Assembly: GCA_020536535.1 (NCBI GenBank)
Contig: JAHLWZ010001008.1
Coordinates: 1-29,747, forward strand
Reading direction: 5' to 3'
Source of the DNA: Pelomyxa schiedti
Lineage: Eukaryota; Protista; Evosea
DNA length: 29,747 nucleotides
A program made the position numbers and the translations under genes. Shown here piece after piece: positions 20,976 to 29,747 of this stretch. The notes below the pieces were generated by a model that made no database searches, was not told where the DNA came from, and saw nothing but the letters and a program-made list of their open reading frames with translations. How positions within the stretch are numbered: position 1 is the stretch's first letter; each line of letters starts with the position of its first letter.

Positions 20976-22299
20976 CATTGAGAAAGAACCCAAGAATTAT
21001 AAGTAAACCTCGTGCTCGTTCTGAATATAAATATAATACAACTCTACCCTTATAGTCGAGTTCGGGTCTTCATGGAACGTGCTGCTGCTGCTACTACTTA
21101 CTCTTTTTCCTCTCCGATTTTCCGGGAGTACTTTTTGGATATGATTAGATGCTATAGGTTTGGTCTCCCACGAGATAGGTGAGTTTTATTACATGCCTCT
21201 GTTAGTGATACCTTCAAGAATTCAGATAAAATCCAACTTAAGTATGTTCATTGGCTCTTGGAATCTTGGTATGAGCCTTTATTCCTTACTGTTTGATATT
21301 TCTGCACTCATCTGAGATAAAACACAAAAGCTGGGCAAACACCAAAAGAGCAGCATTTGGCTGACTGGATTCCAAAAACATGTGACCTATATGCAATTGC
21401 TGTTCAGGTATTCTGAAGTAGTTGCACACACGTTAATATGACTAGGCTTGTGCTTACACTCCACCATCCACTTTTGCCATGCATGATGCAAGCCACTGGA
21501 CACTTCTCCTTCAGAAACACTTTGGGCGAGGTACCATGCAATGAAATTTCCATCTCACTTTAGAGCTTTTCTTAGAGTTCGAATCTATTGCCACAGTGAC
21601 AGTGAGACAAACCACCCTAACCATATTGGCTAAGAAAGCCATTCTCCCTTCAATACACGCCATCGAAGTATAAGTAATGTCGATATTTGAAACTCTAATT
21701 TCTGATCGTAGACCTGCTCTGTGAAACTTCAACCTAGAGGAAAGCATACCACGGATGAGGCTGATCAACCCAATCGACCCGCAGATAAACAAAAAAATGT
21801 GTTTGGAGGAGGTATGGGTACTACTTAATTACCTCATGGACTTACTTGTGGCCATAGCTGTTTATTTTGATGTGGAAGAGACCCGTATCTGCTTAATGAA
21901 CTATCAACATGAGGAACATTCTTTGCCAAAGGTAAAGTTCACACAAGAAATAAGTTGACTAGAATACAGGGGGATAATTATTTATATCTTCGCAAAGATG
22001 TAAACTTGGATGTTGATTTCCAACATTTATTCTGGATTGGGTCCCTTGACAGCTCCGTCGTTAACAGTTCTACTCTTCTCCATCTTGTCTTCTGTTACAC
22101 CCTATATTTACAGACGTAAACTCAGCCTCTTCCTGTTGGGCTGATTTGTATCCTGCTCCCAGCAACTCAGGCTCTCTAATTTATCGACCTTTGCACAGTT
22201 CCTTAGCGTTGTCTTCCATTGGCATTCACCCAAGTGATTTGTAATTTTCTGAAAACTTGAGATAACAAATTTACCCATTTCGTGCAGGCCAAATTCACC

Positions 22300-23585
22300 T
22301 TTATCACTTCAGTTTATGCTCCCGATAGTCCGGCAGCCTAGCATTCCAGAAAACTTTGGAACCCTCTCTATAGGGCTAAGAAATCTCTCTGCAAAGTAAC
22401 CCTTCTATTTTTCTCACCTTTGGCTTAATTCTATGCAGCCTCAAAGTGTCTGAAGGAGCTAAAAAACCTTACTTTATCATACATGCACCATTTCTAAAAG
22501 GACCTTTGAAGACCAGCGCACAATCAAAGGTATGGTACTCAAAGATTTCAATCTAAAGTGCCTAGACCCTCACTCCTGTCTGGTCTGAGCAATTTGAACT
22601 TCTTATTTTTGTATGTGATAGAGAGTTTCTAGCCACTCAGCATTTAGTTGTAGAACTATGGGCCAAGGGTCTGCATTCTTCGTCAGATCATATCTTTGGT
22701 TCCTATCCCCTCAGAGCATGCTCCTTGCAAGTAACTTTCACACTAGGCTGTGGTATATTACCACTTGTAACTGTCATCAAATCACGGGGAGACTACGTAC
22801 CATTTGAAGTAGAGCTTCTTCAATGTGGGAAGGCAGTTGCTTTGGCAAGGGGTGAACTCAGTGCGCAGAATACAACTTCTGGACAACCGAATCCAAGAAC
22901 ACCTCCCGGCCAGACATCAACAAATGAGTTGCTGCTGGATCTTGATGATGATGTTCGAACAAAGCCTATCCTCATACCCACATCTACTCCCTCTCAAGCT
23001 GTGCAAAGCACATCACCAACACCATCACCATCAGCGTCACCGAATTTACTTATGCCACAGTCTCACATGGACTCCACTTCAGCACGTCTGCGTCCCCGGA
23101 CACCCTCACCACCTCCAAGTGGGTTCTCTCTTCCTTGGCGAAAACCAGCCATATTTCACTCCATAACTGGCAAATTTAGCCAACCCACTGCACACCCAAC
23201 ACCCACACTGGCAGCAAATGTAACTCCGGTCTCAACCACGATCGACAAGGTGCCCAATTCCACTGACAACATTCCACAAATTCTCATTGACAACCTCCCA
23301 CCACCGCCGCAGTCACTCGCAATTTCACCCAGAATGCAAGACCCCACTCCCTCCCCAGCTTCCAGTCCCACTTCGACACCCACACCATCCGTTATCACAA
23401 TCACCACCACCGCGGCAAGCGAAACACAAGTACTTGTACCACCAAAGCCAACAGCGATAAGAACAGCTCCCACTAAGGCCCTTCCTCGTGTTCCCTCTCC
23501 TCCATCCAGGCCGCCCCCTCCTCCTCCTCCCTCTGCTACCTCACACACAGGATCATCGTCTACTTCACCCCCAAGTCTCCTGTGA
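22300..23585 (+). CDS. Gene with a short structured N-terminal part (…KKPYFIIHAPFLKGPLKTSAQSK donor at ~22540; …VTFTLGCGILPLVTVIKSRGDYVPFEVELLQCGKAVALARGELSA) followed by a ~250-aa Pro/Thr/Ser-rich low-complexity tail with PPPPPPP and SPTPSPSASP runs. It is mucin-like or proline-rich-domain-like. The family is not recognised and the 5' extent is uncertain.
   Basis: ORF 22725..23585(+), 286 aa. Composition dominated by P/T/S. RPPPPPPPSATS lies near the C-terminus. The stop is TGA at 23583–23585. Confidence 0.4.
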
Positions 23586-23895
23586 TACAGAGACACTTAG
23601 AAACTCTCTGTCTACAGCCATGGGACTTGGTCGTTTGGTTGTCTGTACTCTTTTTTTTTGTGCAGGAAACTTCTTCAACAAGCTTGACGAAGTTATGCCC
23701 GAAAAGAGAAGAACTTGTTTTTATTTGGAAGATAGGGAGGGACGAGGAATATCGTCACACAAGCCAACAACTAATACGGTTCAACACCAAACATGAAGGT
23801 AATGGAATCAGTAATTTAATTCTTATGCTTCGAATTCTGGTGTAGATCGATGTACGGGGGCCATTCTTAGACCTTTAGAGTCATTTATTCGATTA

Positions 23896-24303
23896 TCAGA
23901 CAGCCACAAACAGGAGAAACAAGGACACAAAAATGGCTGCCAACGAAGGGAGTGACAGGGAGCTGTGGCTGATTGAAAAGGTGGAGGGATAGGAACTCTC
24001 TGATTGCCAGGACGACTGCTTTACAATGGAGAATGACCCGGATGGGGATTCGGAATGGGAGTGCGAGTTGGATTGGGATTGTGAATCGGAGGTGGTGTGC
24101 GACTGAGCCTGTGATGTGGACAATGACTCGGATTGGGATTCGGAATGGGAGTGTGACTTCGACTGAGATGGAGACTGGGTTTGTGAATGTGACTGTGACT
24201 GCGATTTTGATTGAGATGCGGTATGAGACTGTGAAGTGGGTTCAGAGGTAGAAGTTGACTGGGATGTGGGGTGGGAATGTGAGTAGGATTGGGACAAAGA
24301 CAA
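23896..24303 (-). CDS. Ser/Gln/His/Thr-rich repetitive ORF (SQSQSHSQTQSPSQSKSHSHSESQSESLS…) ending in a hydrophobic C-terminal tail LPSLAAIFVSLFLLFVAV. That tail is GPI-anchor- or TM-like. The ORF is encoded over an imperfect ~88-bp tandem DNA repeat. The N-terminus and signal peptide are not identified, so coding status is uncertain.
   Basis: ORF track 23896..24303(-). The DNA repeat units GACCCGGATGGGGATTCGGAATGGGAGTGCGA (24037) and GACTCGGATTGGGATTCGGAATGGGAGTGTGA (24125) lie 88 bp apart. Confidence 0.3.
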   Translation of the reverse strand: MSLSQSYSHSHPTSQSTSTSEPTSQSHTASQSKSQSQSHSQTQSPSQSKSHSHSESQSESLSTSQAQSHTTSDSQSQSNSHSHSESPSGSFSIVKQSSWQSESSYPSTFSISHSSLSLPSLAAIFVSLFLLFVAV

Positions 24304-24450
24304 GGACTCGGAGACCGTAGGTGTGGAATGGGGCTGAGATGAGGAGAGTAGGTTGGAGGTGGATTTGGATTGCGAGATAGATAACTGGGACTCGTCAGAT
24401 TCGGAGAGGGAATGTGAGTGAGAGACGGAAACTGTATCGGAGGAACTGGA
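23990..24450. repeat. Imperfect tandem minisatellite with a period of ~88 bp and GGATTGGGATTCGGAATGGGAGTG-type cores. It lies within or overlaps the Ser-rich ORF.
   Basis: Direct comparison of 24030–24120 with 24120–24210. There is weaker similarity through 24300–24440. Confidence 0.55.
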
Positions 24451-24537
24451 TTTTGTAACACAACTGTAGAGTGCACAGGTGAGGCTTTCGATCTAGCTTC
24501 ATGTTAAATTTTGATTCCATATGTGGATAGAAAGGAT

Positions 24538-27500
24538 CTAGCATGCCATTTCGGCAATCCGGATTCGTTGGTCATAAATAAGAGATGCATCTGTTGTGAA
24601 TTGCCCGTTGCTATCAACAAATATTGTCTGGGGTACAGAGAGAAGGGCTGAAGCATCTTGAACCAGCTGACTAGAAGGATCAAGTGCTGGGTTGTTGACC
24701 AAATCTTGGAGAACGATGAAGTACTCCAGATCTTCAAGTCCATCACGAAGAACCTCCAATCTGCAACTGTCTACAGGAGCATCAGTAAGGAGAGGCGATG
24801 TTGTTTCCTGGAAGCGTGTTATAGAAGAGGCCTATTAAAAACGAACACACATTCCAATTCTTAGGAGGGTACAAAAGTCTGCCATCGCCGTTTCCCCAGG
24901 GTGTTGGAGTTACAGACCCATAACCTGTTTCCCATGACATGGGATCTTCATCTGGGTTTTGTTTATCTTAGGATCTGCAAAGAATCTTGGGGTAAGTACA
25001 AGGGTCTTGGAGTGATGTTGGATAAGCCACATCACTGGTCCAGTAGTTTGCACTCCATATCAAAATGCCATCCAGCTCTAGGTTTGTTTTAATTTTGTCC
25101 TTTTTCCAAAGGAGCTCATGGCATACTGTATTGCCACACTGTCCAGGGCCACAATCTCATTTCGGTGGCTGGGTGGTCTATGAATAGTCCCAAGTACGGG
25201 GCTTTAGGGCAGCAACAAACATAATCCCATGCGAATTCTCCAAGGCTTCATGGAGTTAAGTGGTTATCACTTTATTTCTTAACCAACTCTTGTCGTGGCT
25301 TAGCTTTGTTATAGTCGTAGTTGGAGATCACTGGGCACCAGGTATCCACATAGCCATAGAGATCGGAGATGGGCTCTTCCGTTAAAAATCTATCTAACTT
25401 GGGAGCAGCATCTTTGATGGCCTGCATTCCTTCCTGAAGAAGATCTCTTGGTATACAATGGAGTCGAATTTACCAACCTGAACGAACTCGTAGTCTTCTG
25501 GGGCAGGTTCATCAAACCAATAAACAATGGATTTTGGGATGAGTCCACGATCATACAGGAAGTTTTCAATAGTTTCTGTGCAACAGGTTACCTAGGCCAG
25601 AACAATAATCACAGAAATTACTGGCGTAATCGTTAAACAGAGCTGTATGTTCAGGAGATCCCTTTTTTTTTTTTTGGCATGTCATGTTACACCAAAATAG
25701 TGTTGGAATGACTTACCCAAGGGTGGCCATTAATTTCGCCAATTTCTCTTTCATAAAAAGAGCCACTACCCATCCCTTGTAAGTACCTTTGGGACTGTTA
25801 CACAAGTTTGCAACCAGAAAATCATACACATTATAATTTGTGAAGCCATAGCCTGAATTGCCGAAGTAAGTTTGGTAGTTAGAGTCAAAGTCATCAAGGT
25901 AGTACTCCCAATACTCTGTTCCGTTAGATGCAGTAATAACTTCAGCCCAGATCTGTTCTGCCGTAAATAGATATAAAACAACTGATATTACACACATCAT
26001 GGTAAACAATAGGGTTTTCTGGAGAAATTCTATGCGACTTAAAATGGTCTAGATAGGCATTCCAAACTTGCTCAGAGTCAGGGTCCGAAACGTGGTGGTA
26101 TTGTTTAATCATGTCTAACAGAAAAGAATTGTTTGAAGTGATACTATAGGTTCGGCAATAATATATACCTGAGGAAAGACCAAATGACGATTTCAAGGTT
26201 GGGTGATCAGGAATGGAAAAGTTGTACACTCTCAATTTAAGGGGTACTGTCACTTCAGTGGAATCCACTATCAAGTGAGTGGAAGCTGAATATCTGAAAA
26301 CAGTAAGTGGCGAACAGGAGTTGTTATACGTACGTTCCAGAAAGAGTATCTTTGGGAATGTGCACAAGATACCAGAGAGGGCAGTTGGTGTTTGGGGGAC
26401 AAGTAAATGGAAGTACAAGTGGGGTAAGTGGATCTGGCCAATATTCTTGTTCAACACCCAGTTCATCAGTCGCTTCAGCAGTGAAGACATACTCCACCTT
26501 GTTCATTTTGAGCAAATGAAATAAGCAAACCACTGTGCACTTTTCTCATAGTCACTTCAGTGGAGTCAATTGTATCTTCTGAGGAGACAAAATCAGATAC
26601 TGTGACTGAGGAAAAAACAGATGGAGAGTTCCCAGAGTGAAATATGAGTTGAAAAGGCTCATACTCATTTCGGGCGGCAGATATCTTTCTGGGGATTAAA
26701 AAGGAAAAAGTCTAAAGAGCATACATACCGAAACTGATGAAGAATAAGTTACAGGGGGGGATCGCTCAAGACTGACTTTGTATGAACCATCACACCACCA
26801 GAAGGACCCTGTTGGCACTGCCGTTGTTATAGACTGGCCAAAAGTTGGGTCGTAAAGATGGTTGACTGCTGAAAAAGTGATCCATGAGCACGAATAGGAA
26901 TTATCGCAGTCCAGAACTAGATTAGATGCGCACTTAAAGTCTATGACTTGGTCATCGCCCCCAGGGAGTGTGTCTAGAAAACGTTAGGGCGAAACTCAGA
27001 AGGGGGTAGTTACAATTGACTTGAAGTGGTAGGTCACTGGAGCCAGAAATAGTAAATGCAGAGTCACCTTGGAGCACAACTGCAGTCGCACGGTGATCTC
27101 TTGGGGTAGCTGAAACAAACGCTGATGTCTCACTTGAACCTCGATTCTTCAGAAGCAGATTCAGTGTAGAACTGGAATATATATTATGAAAGTTCTGACT
27201 CTCTTTTTAAATTCGTTAATTGTTTTAAAAAAAAGATGTCGATAACCGTGATCAAATGCAAGTATAACAGTGCAATTCGTGCCATCTGGGGGGCAATCGT
27301 TTGTCAGAACTGCTTGATCTCCAGTTATGTCGACACTTGATGGAAGGGAGATATTGAAAATCCATTGGTCCACCTGTGAGTCTTAGAAAAAAGTAATTGA
27401 GGCTAGAGGTGGGTGGACCTGAAATGAAGCTGACGAAGAGGCAATAAGCAAAAAATTTACACAGGAGGTATCAGTGACTGGAAAATCTTTTGTTGACTTC

Positions 27501-28615
27501 GAAGATATTGTTCCCATTAGAGTCGAAGGTGTACCATCAGCTCCACAGTATACCTGGTATACAGTGAGAAGAGAGCCAAATAGGGACGAGGTGTACAGAA
27601 AGTGAGCCAGATGAATAGTAACTAATTTCAACCCTTAAATTTCCAGTACCACTAAAATTATGAGAAAGTGGATGCTTAAGCAGGATGAAATCTTTTGAAC
27701 CAAAAATGAAGCGGTCCGTATTATACCTGAAAGGATATAAATTAAACTCAGGAGAAGGATCATACGTGACAGAGAAATTGCTTATTGTGCTGCGATAGTT
27801 GGAGGAGTATGAGATCTCGTGATCAAATGACGATGAGTAAACTGAGTTGGCAATTTTTTCACCAGGGCCAAGTCGACCGTACCCATAAAATGAGAAAGGA
27901 AGAATATCAGACTAAGGGATTATTAGAAATCAGAGACAAGTTTAGGAAAACCTGGCGTAATTCAATTTTATTGAATGTGCAGGAGCCATTAATTTGCCAC
28001 TGACCCATTCTTATTGATGCTGTCTTAGATTTGTAGTTTACACGTACAAGATATCTTGGAGGAGTGACGAATAGTACTTGAACTGCAGTGCCTACCTGTA
28101 CTTGTACCAACCATCAGAAAGAGGTTCGCCTGGCTCATATGTATCTACATTAACTCCTGTCACCTAGGAGATCTTTTAAAACCTTCTAATGTGAAAGGCT
28201 CTCATACTCCTGACGTTGCCGTTCCAGATTCACTGTCAAAGACACATTTTTGATAAAAAGAAAGCTGTGTGCGGGAATTTAGCATGGCTATGCAACCCAA
28301 TGGTGCCAAACCTCATAAACAGAGAGCGGTGTCACAGTAAACTGAGAAGAAACCATGGTGCTACTCGAATTAGCGTAACCAGAAACAACCAAACAAAGGT
28401 CGGATGTGGCGTCGTATCCACAACCCTTCTCTCGAACAACCTGCTCCCAGTAAACTTTAATAAAAGAGGAAACGGATCTTACACCTGGCAAGATCCATCG
28501 CCATCGCACGTCCACACGTACGGACGCAACGGAGATCCACAAGATCCAATAATAATGACACCCACCAACACCATGAGCCATCTCACGACATTACGGTTAC
28601 ACCGCTGAAACATTG
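24538..28615 (-). CDS. Large multi-exon gene for a signal-anchored (type II membrane or secreted) protein of unrecognised family. The N-terminal exon from ATG ~28615 reads MFQRCNRNVVRWLMVLVGVIIIGSCGSPLRPYVWTCDGDGSCQ. Downstream exons include VTGVNVDTYEPGEPLSDGWYKYR (~28150–28220), ORFs 27907..28110, 27383..27631, 27161..27373, 25942..26490, an internal hydrophobic MMCVISVVLYLFTA segment at ~26000, DLLQEGMQAIKDAAPKLDRFLTEEPISDLYGYVDTWCPVISNYDYNKAKPRQELVKK (~25280–25450), and a probable last exon at 24538..24759 (…LIYDQRIRIAEMAC then stop).
   Basis: There is a hydrophobic stretch right after the ATG. Many Asn-x-Ser/Thr sequons (NGT, NIS, NFS) and Cys-rich exons suggest a luminal or extracellular protein. 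Consecutive minus-strand ORFs are linked by GT/AG sites. No catalytic motif recognised. Confidence 0.4.
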
Positions 28616-28824
28616 CGTACGGGTCGTCTGTACTGGTTTGTTCGTTTTTTTGTTTTTCCGTTGACTGACGCCGGAAAAGATGATGATCTCCACAAAATGT
28701 ACTTGCCAAAATAGAACATGCTTGAGTTTAGCCGAAAGATTCAAAAAAGTGCACAAAACAAGCACGCCGGGCTTTTATTGCACGCGCAGGCTTCCAAGCC
28801 TCGAAATGGTGTGGGTGGTGTGAA

Positions 28825-29747
28825 TTAATGGTGCTTGTGGTGGTGTCCTTCAGCCTCGCTGACGACTACGTCCACCTCGTCATCCACCTTGGACAAGAAG
28901 AGGGCGTGATAGGCTATTTTGAGGAACATGTAGAACCAGAACCAGTGGAGTGCAAGCAGCCCGCACAGCATGAAGTTGAAGAAGTAGTACCCTTCACTGT
29001 GGAGGGTGTTGTCCTGGTTGATGAGGATGCCGTAGGCTTCGAACATTGTGCTGTGGATGACCCAGCCGGGGAACACCCAGAGCCGGTACCATATCCACGT
29101 GATGATGGTAGATATGAGGAGGAAGATGGATGTCTTGACCAGCCTCACCTCGTTTGTGCACCGCATTACGTTCACAAACACATCGCCAACGTCGTGGAGT
29201 GCCAGGACGAGCGTGCCGATTCGTACGTAGCCATAGGCCCAGGAATATACAATGAGGAAGACCTCCAGTGCGTGGTGAAAGGCCATTTCAATGAAATCAC
29301 GTCTGTGCTTCCGTATGATGAGAAATACGAGCGATTGAAGAGCATAGCCAAGAGAAAACATGTAGTACATCTTGACCTGTACACAACCTTGAGTAAGACG
29401 CATAAACAAAGGTCTCACGGCACAACACAGTTCAATAACCGGCTTACACATTATAGACAATCTTGTTATTCCCCAACCACAATCCCAAACTATGGTATAT
29501 TTAAATAAAATCCCAAGCACCATCAAGGTATGCATACACTTGTATAGTCATTGTTCTGGTTCCAAAGGTCTCTCCAGCAATTGCGTGTATCACCTGATGC
29601 TCCAGGAACGACGACTCCTGGCACCCATTCCTTGTCATACAGTGCGTACCAGCCGAACAAAGTTGCTGGCACATAGTAAATGACAAGGTACATGCAGTGC
29701 TGGAACTTTTCCTGTTGAAACAGTTACAAAAAAAAAAAGAAACTTAA
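28825..29747 (-). CDS. Ceramide synthase / TLC (TRAM-LAG1-CLN8) domain protein, 3' part only. The gene start lies beyond the window end. An upstream exon from ≥29747 down to 29594 reads …FQQEKFQHCMYLVIYYVPATLFGWYALYDKEWVPGVVVPGAS. A 206-nt intron spans 29388–29593. The terminal exon 29387–28825 reads GCVQVKMYYMFSLGYALQSLVFLIIRKHRRDFIEMAFHHALEVFLIVYSWAYGYVRIGTLVLALHDVGDVFVNVMRC…YFFNFMLCGLLALHWFWFYMFLKIAYHALFLSKVDDEVDVVVSEAEGHHHKHH, then stop.
   Basis: The Lag1p motif is present: the HH pair (AFHHALE) and the SW.YGY.R.G.L.L.LHD..D block. The C-terminal YFFN.M…LH.FW.Y TLC block is also present, and the exon ends in an acidic tail as in human CerS2. Confidence 0.8.

Noticed and set aside
23156-24251. 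ORFs 23156..23596(-) and 23973..24251(+), which are Gly-rich or Trp/Asp-rich
   Set aside because: They are antisense or alternative-frame readings of the PTS-rich tail and of the Ser-rich tandem repeat, produced by the low-complexity sequence.
23990-24450. Tandem repeat considered as a possible CRISPR-like or satellite array
   Set aside because: The repeat units are imperfect, ~88 bp, lack spacer-repeat alternation, and are translated in frame as Ser-rich repeats. This is a eukaryotic coding minisatellite.
28828-29508. 226-aa plus-strand ORF (acidic, His-rich) covering the whole terminal exon of the ceramide synthase
   Set aside because: It is the antisense shadow of a strongly conserved TLC-domain exon on the minus strand. 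It has no recognisable motifs of its own, and its composition mirrors the codon bias of the true gene.
1-29747. Interpretation as a prokaryotic defence island (the ORF track uses bacterial-style GTG/TTG starts)
   Set aside because: Conserved protein blocks are interrupted by phase-consistent GT-AG introns with polypyrimidine tracts. The genes encode typical eukaryotic proteins (importin, Sac1, ceramide synthase, STE kinase). No contiguous long prokaryotic-style CDSs exist.

Overview
This window reads as compact eukaryotic nuclear DNA, not prokaryotic DNA. Its genes are multi-exon with GT-AG micro-introns of about 40–57 nt, often ending in CAAG/GAAG/TAG acceptors. Intergenic spacers are very short and homopolymer A/T runs are common. 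I can place about ten genes.

- **Minus strand:** a Cdc15/MAP3K-epsilon-like protein kinase (~2.9–3.75 kb), a small unresolved gene (8.15–8.85 kb), a large NWD1-like STAND NTPase (8.9–16.84 kb), a Ser/Gln/His-rich tandem-repeat ORF (23.9–24.3 kb), a large gene for a signal-anchored secreted or membrane protein of unknown family (24.5–28.6 kb), and the 3' part of a TLC/Lag1 ceramide synthase (28.8 kb to the window end).
- **Plus strand:** an importin-beta family gene resembling importin-13/transportin-3 (4.06–8.11 kb), a calcineurin-like metallophosphoesterase (17.28–18.36 kb), a SAC1-like phosphoinositide phosphatase (18.5–20.98 kb), and a gene with a Pro/Thr/Ser-rich mucin-like tail (22.7–23.6 kb).
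- **Centrepiece:** the STAND NTPase has the order N-terminal proline-rich segment, about 9–10 ankyrin repeats, a DUF4062-like FLSSTFVDMNSERD module, NACHT (Walker A GTPGSGKSS, Walker B LLIVIDALNQ), a helical/winged-helix region (NPLYLSVACEELRLFG), then at least 8 WD40 repeats. It sits head-to-head with the metallophosphoesterase across a bidirectional promoter of about 430 bp. This is the best candidate for a poorly described innate-immunity or cell-death-type signalling gene in the window.
- **Limits:** I found no rRNA, tRNA, CRISPR array or transposon ORF. All exon boundaries were inferred by eye from reading frame and splice motifs and remain approximate.
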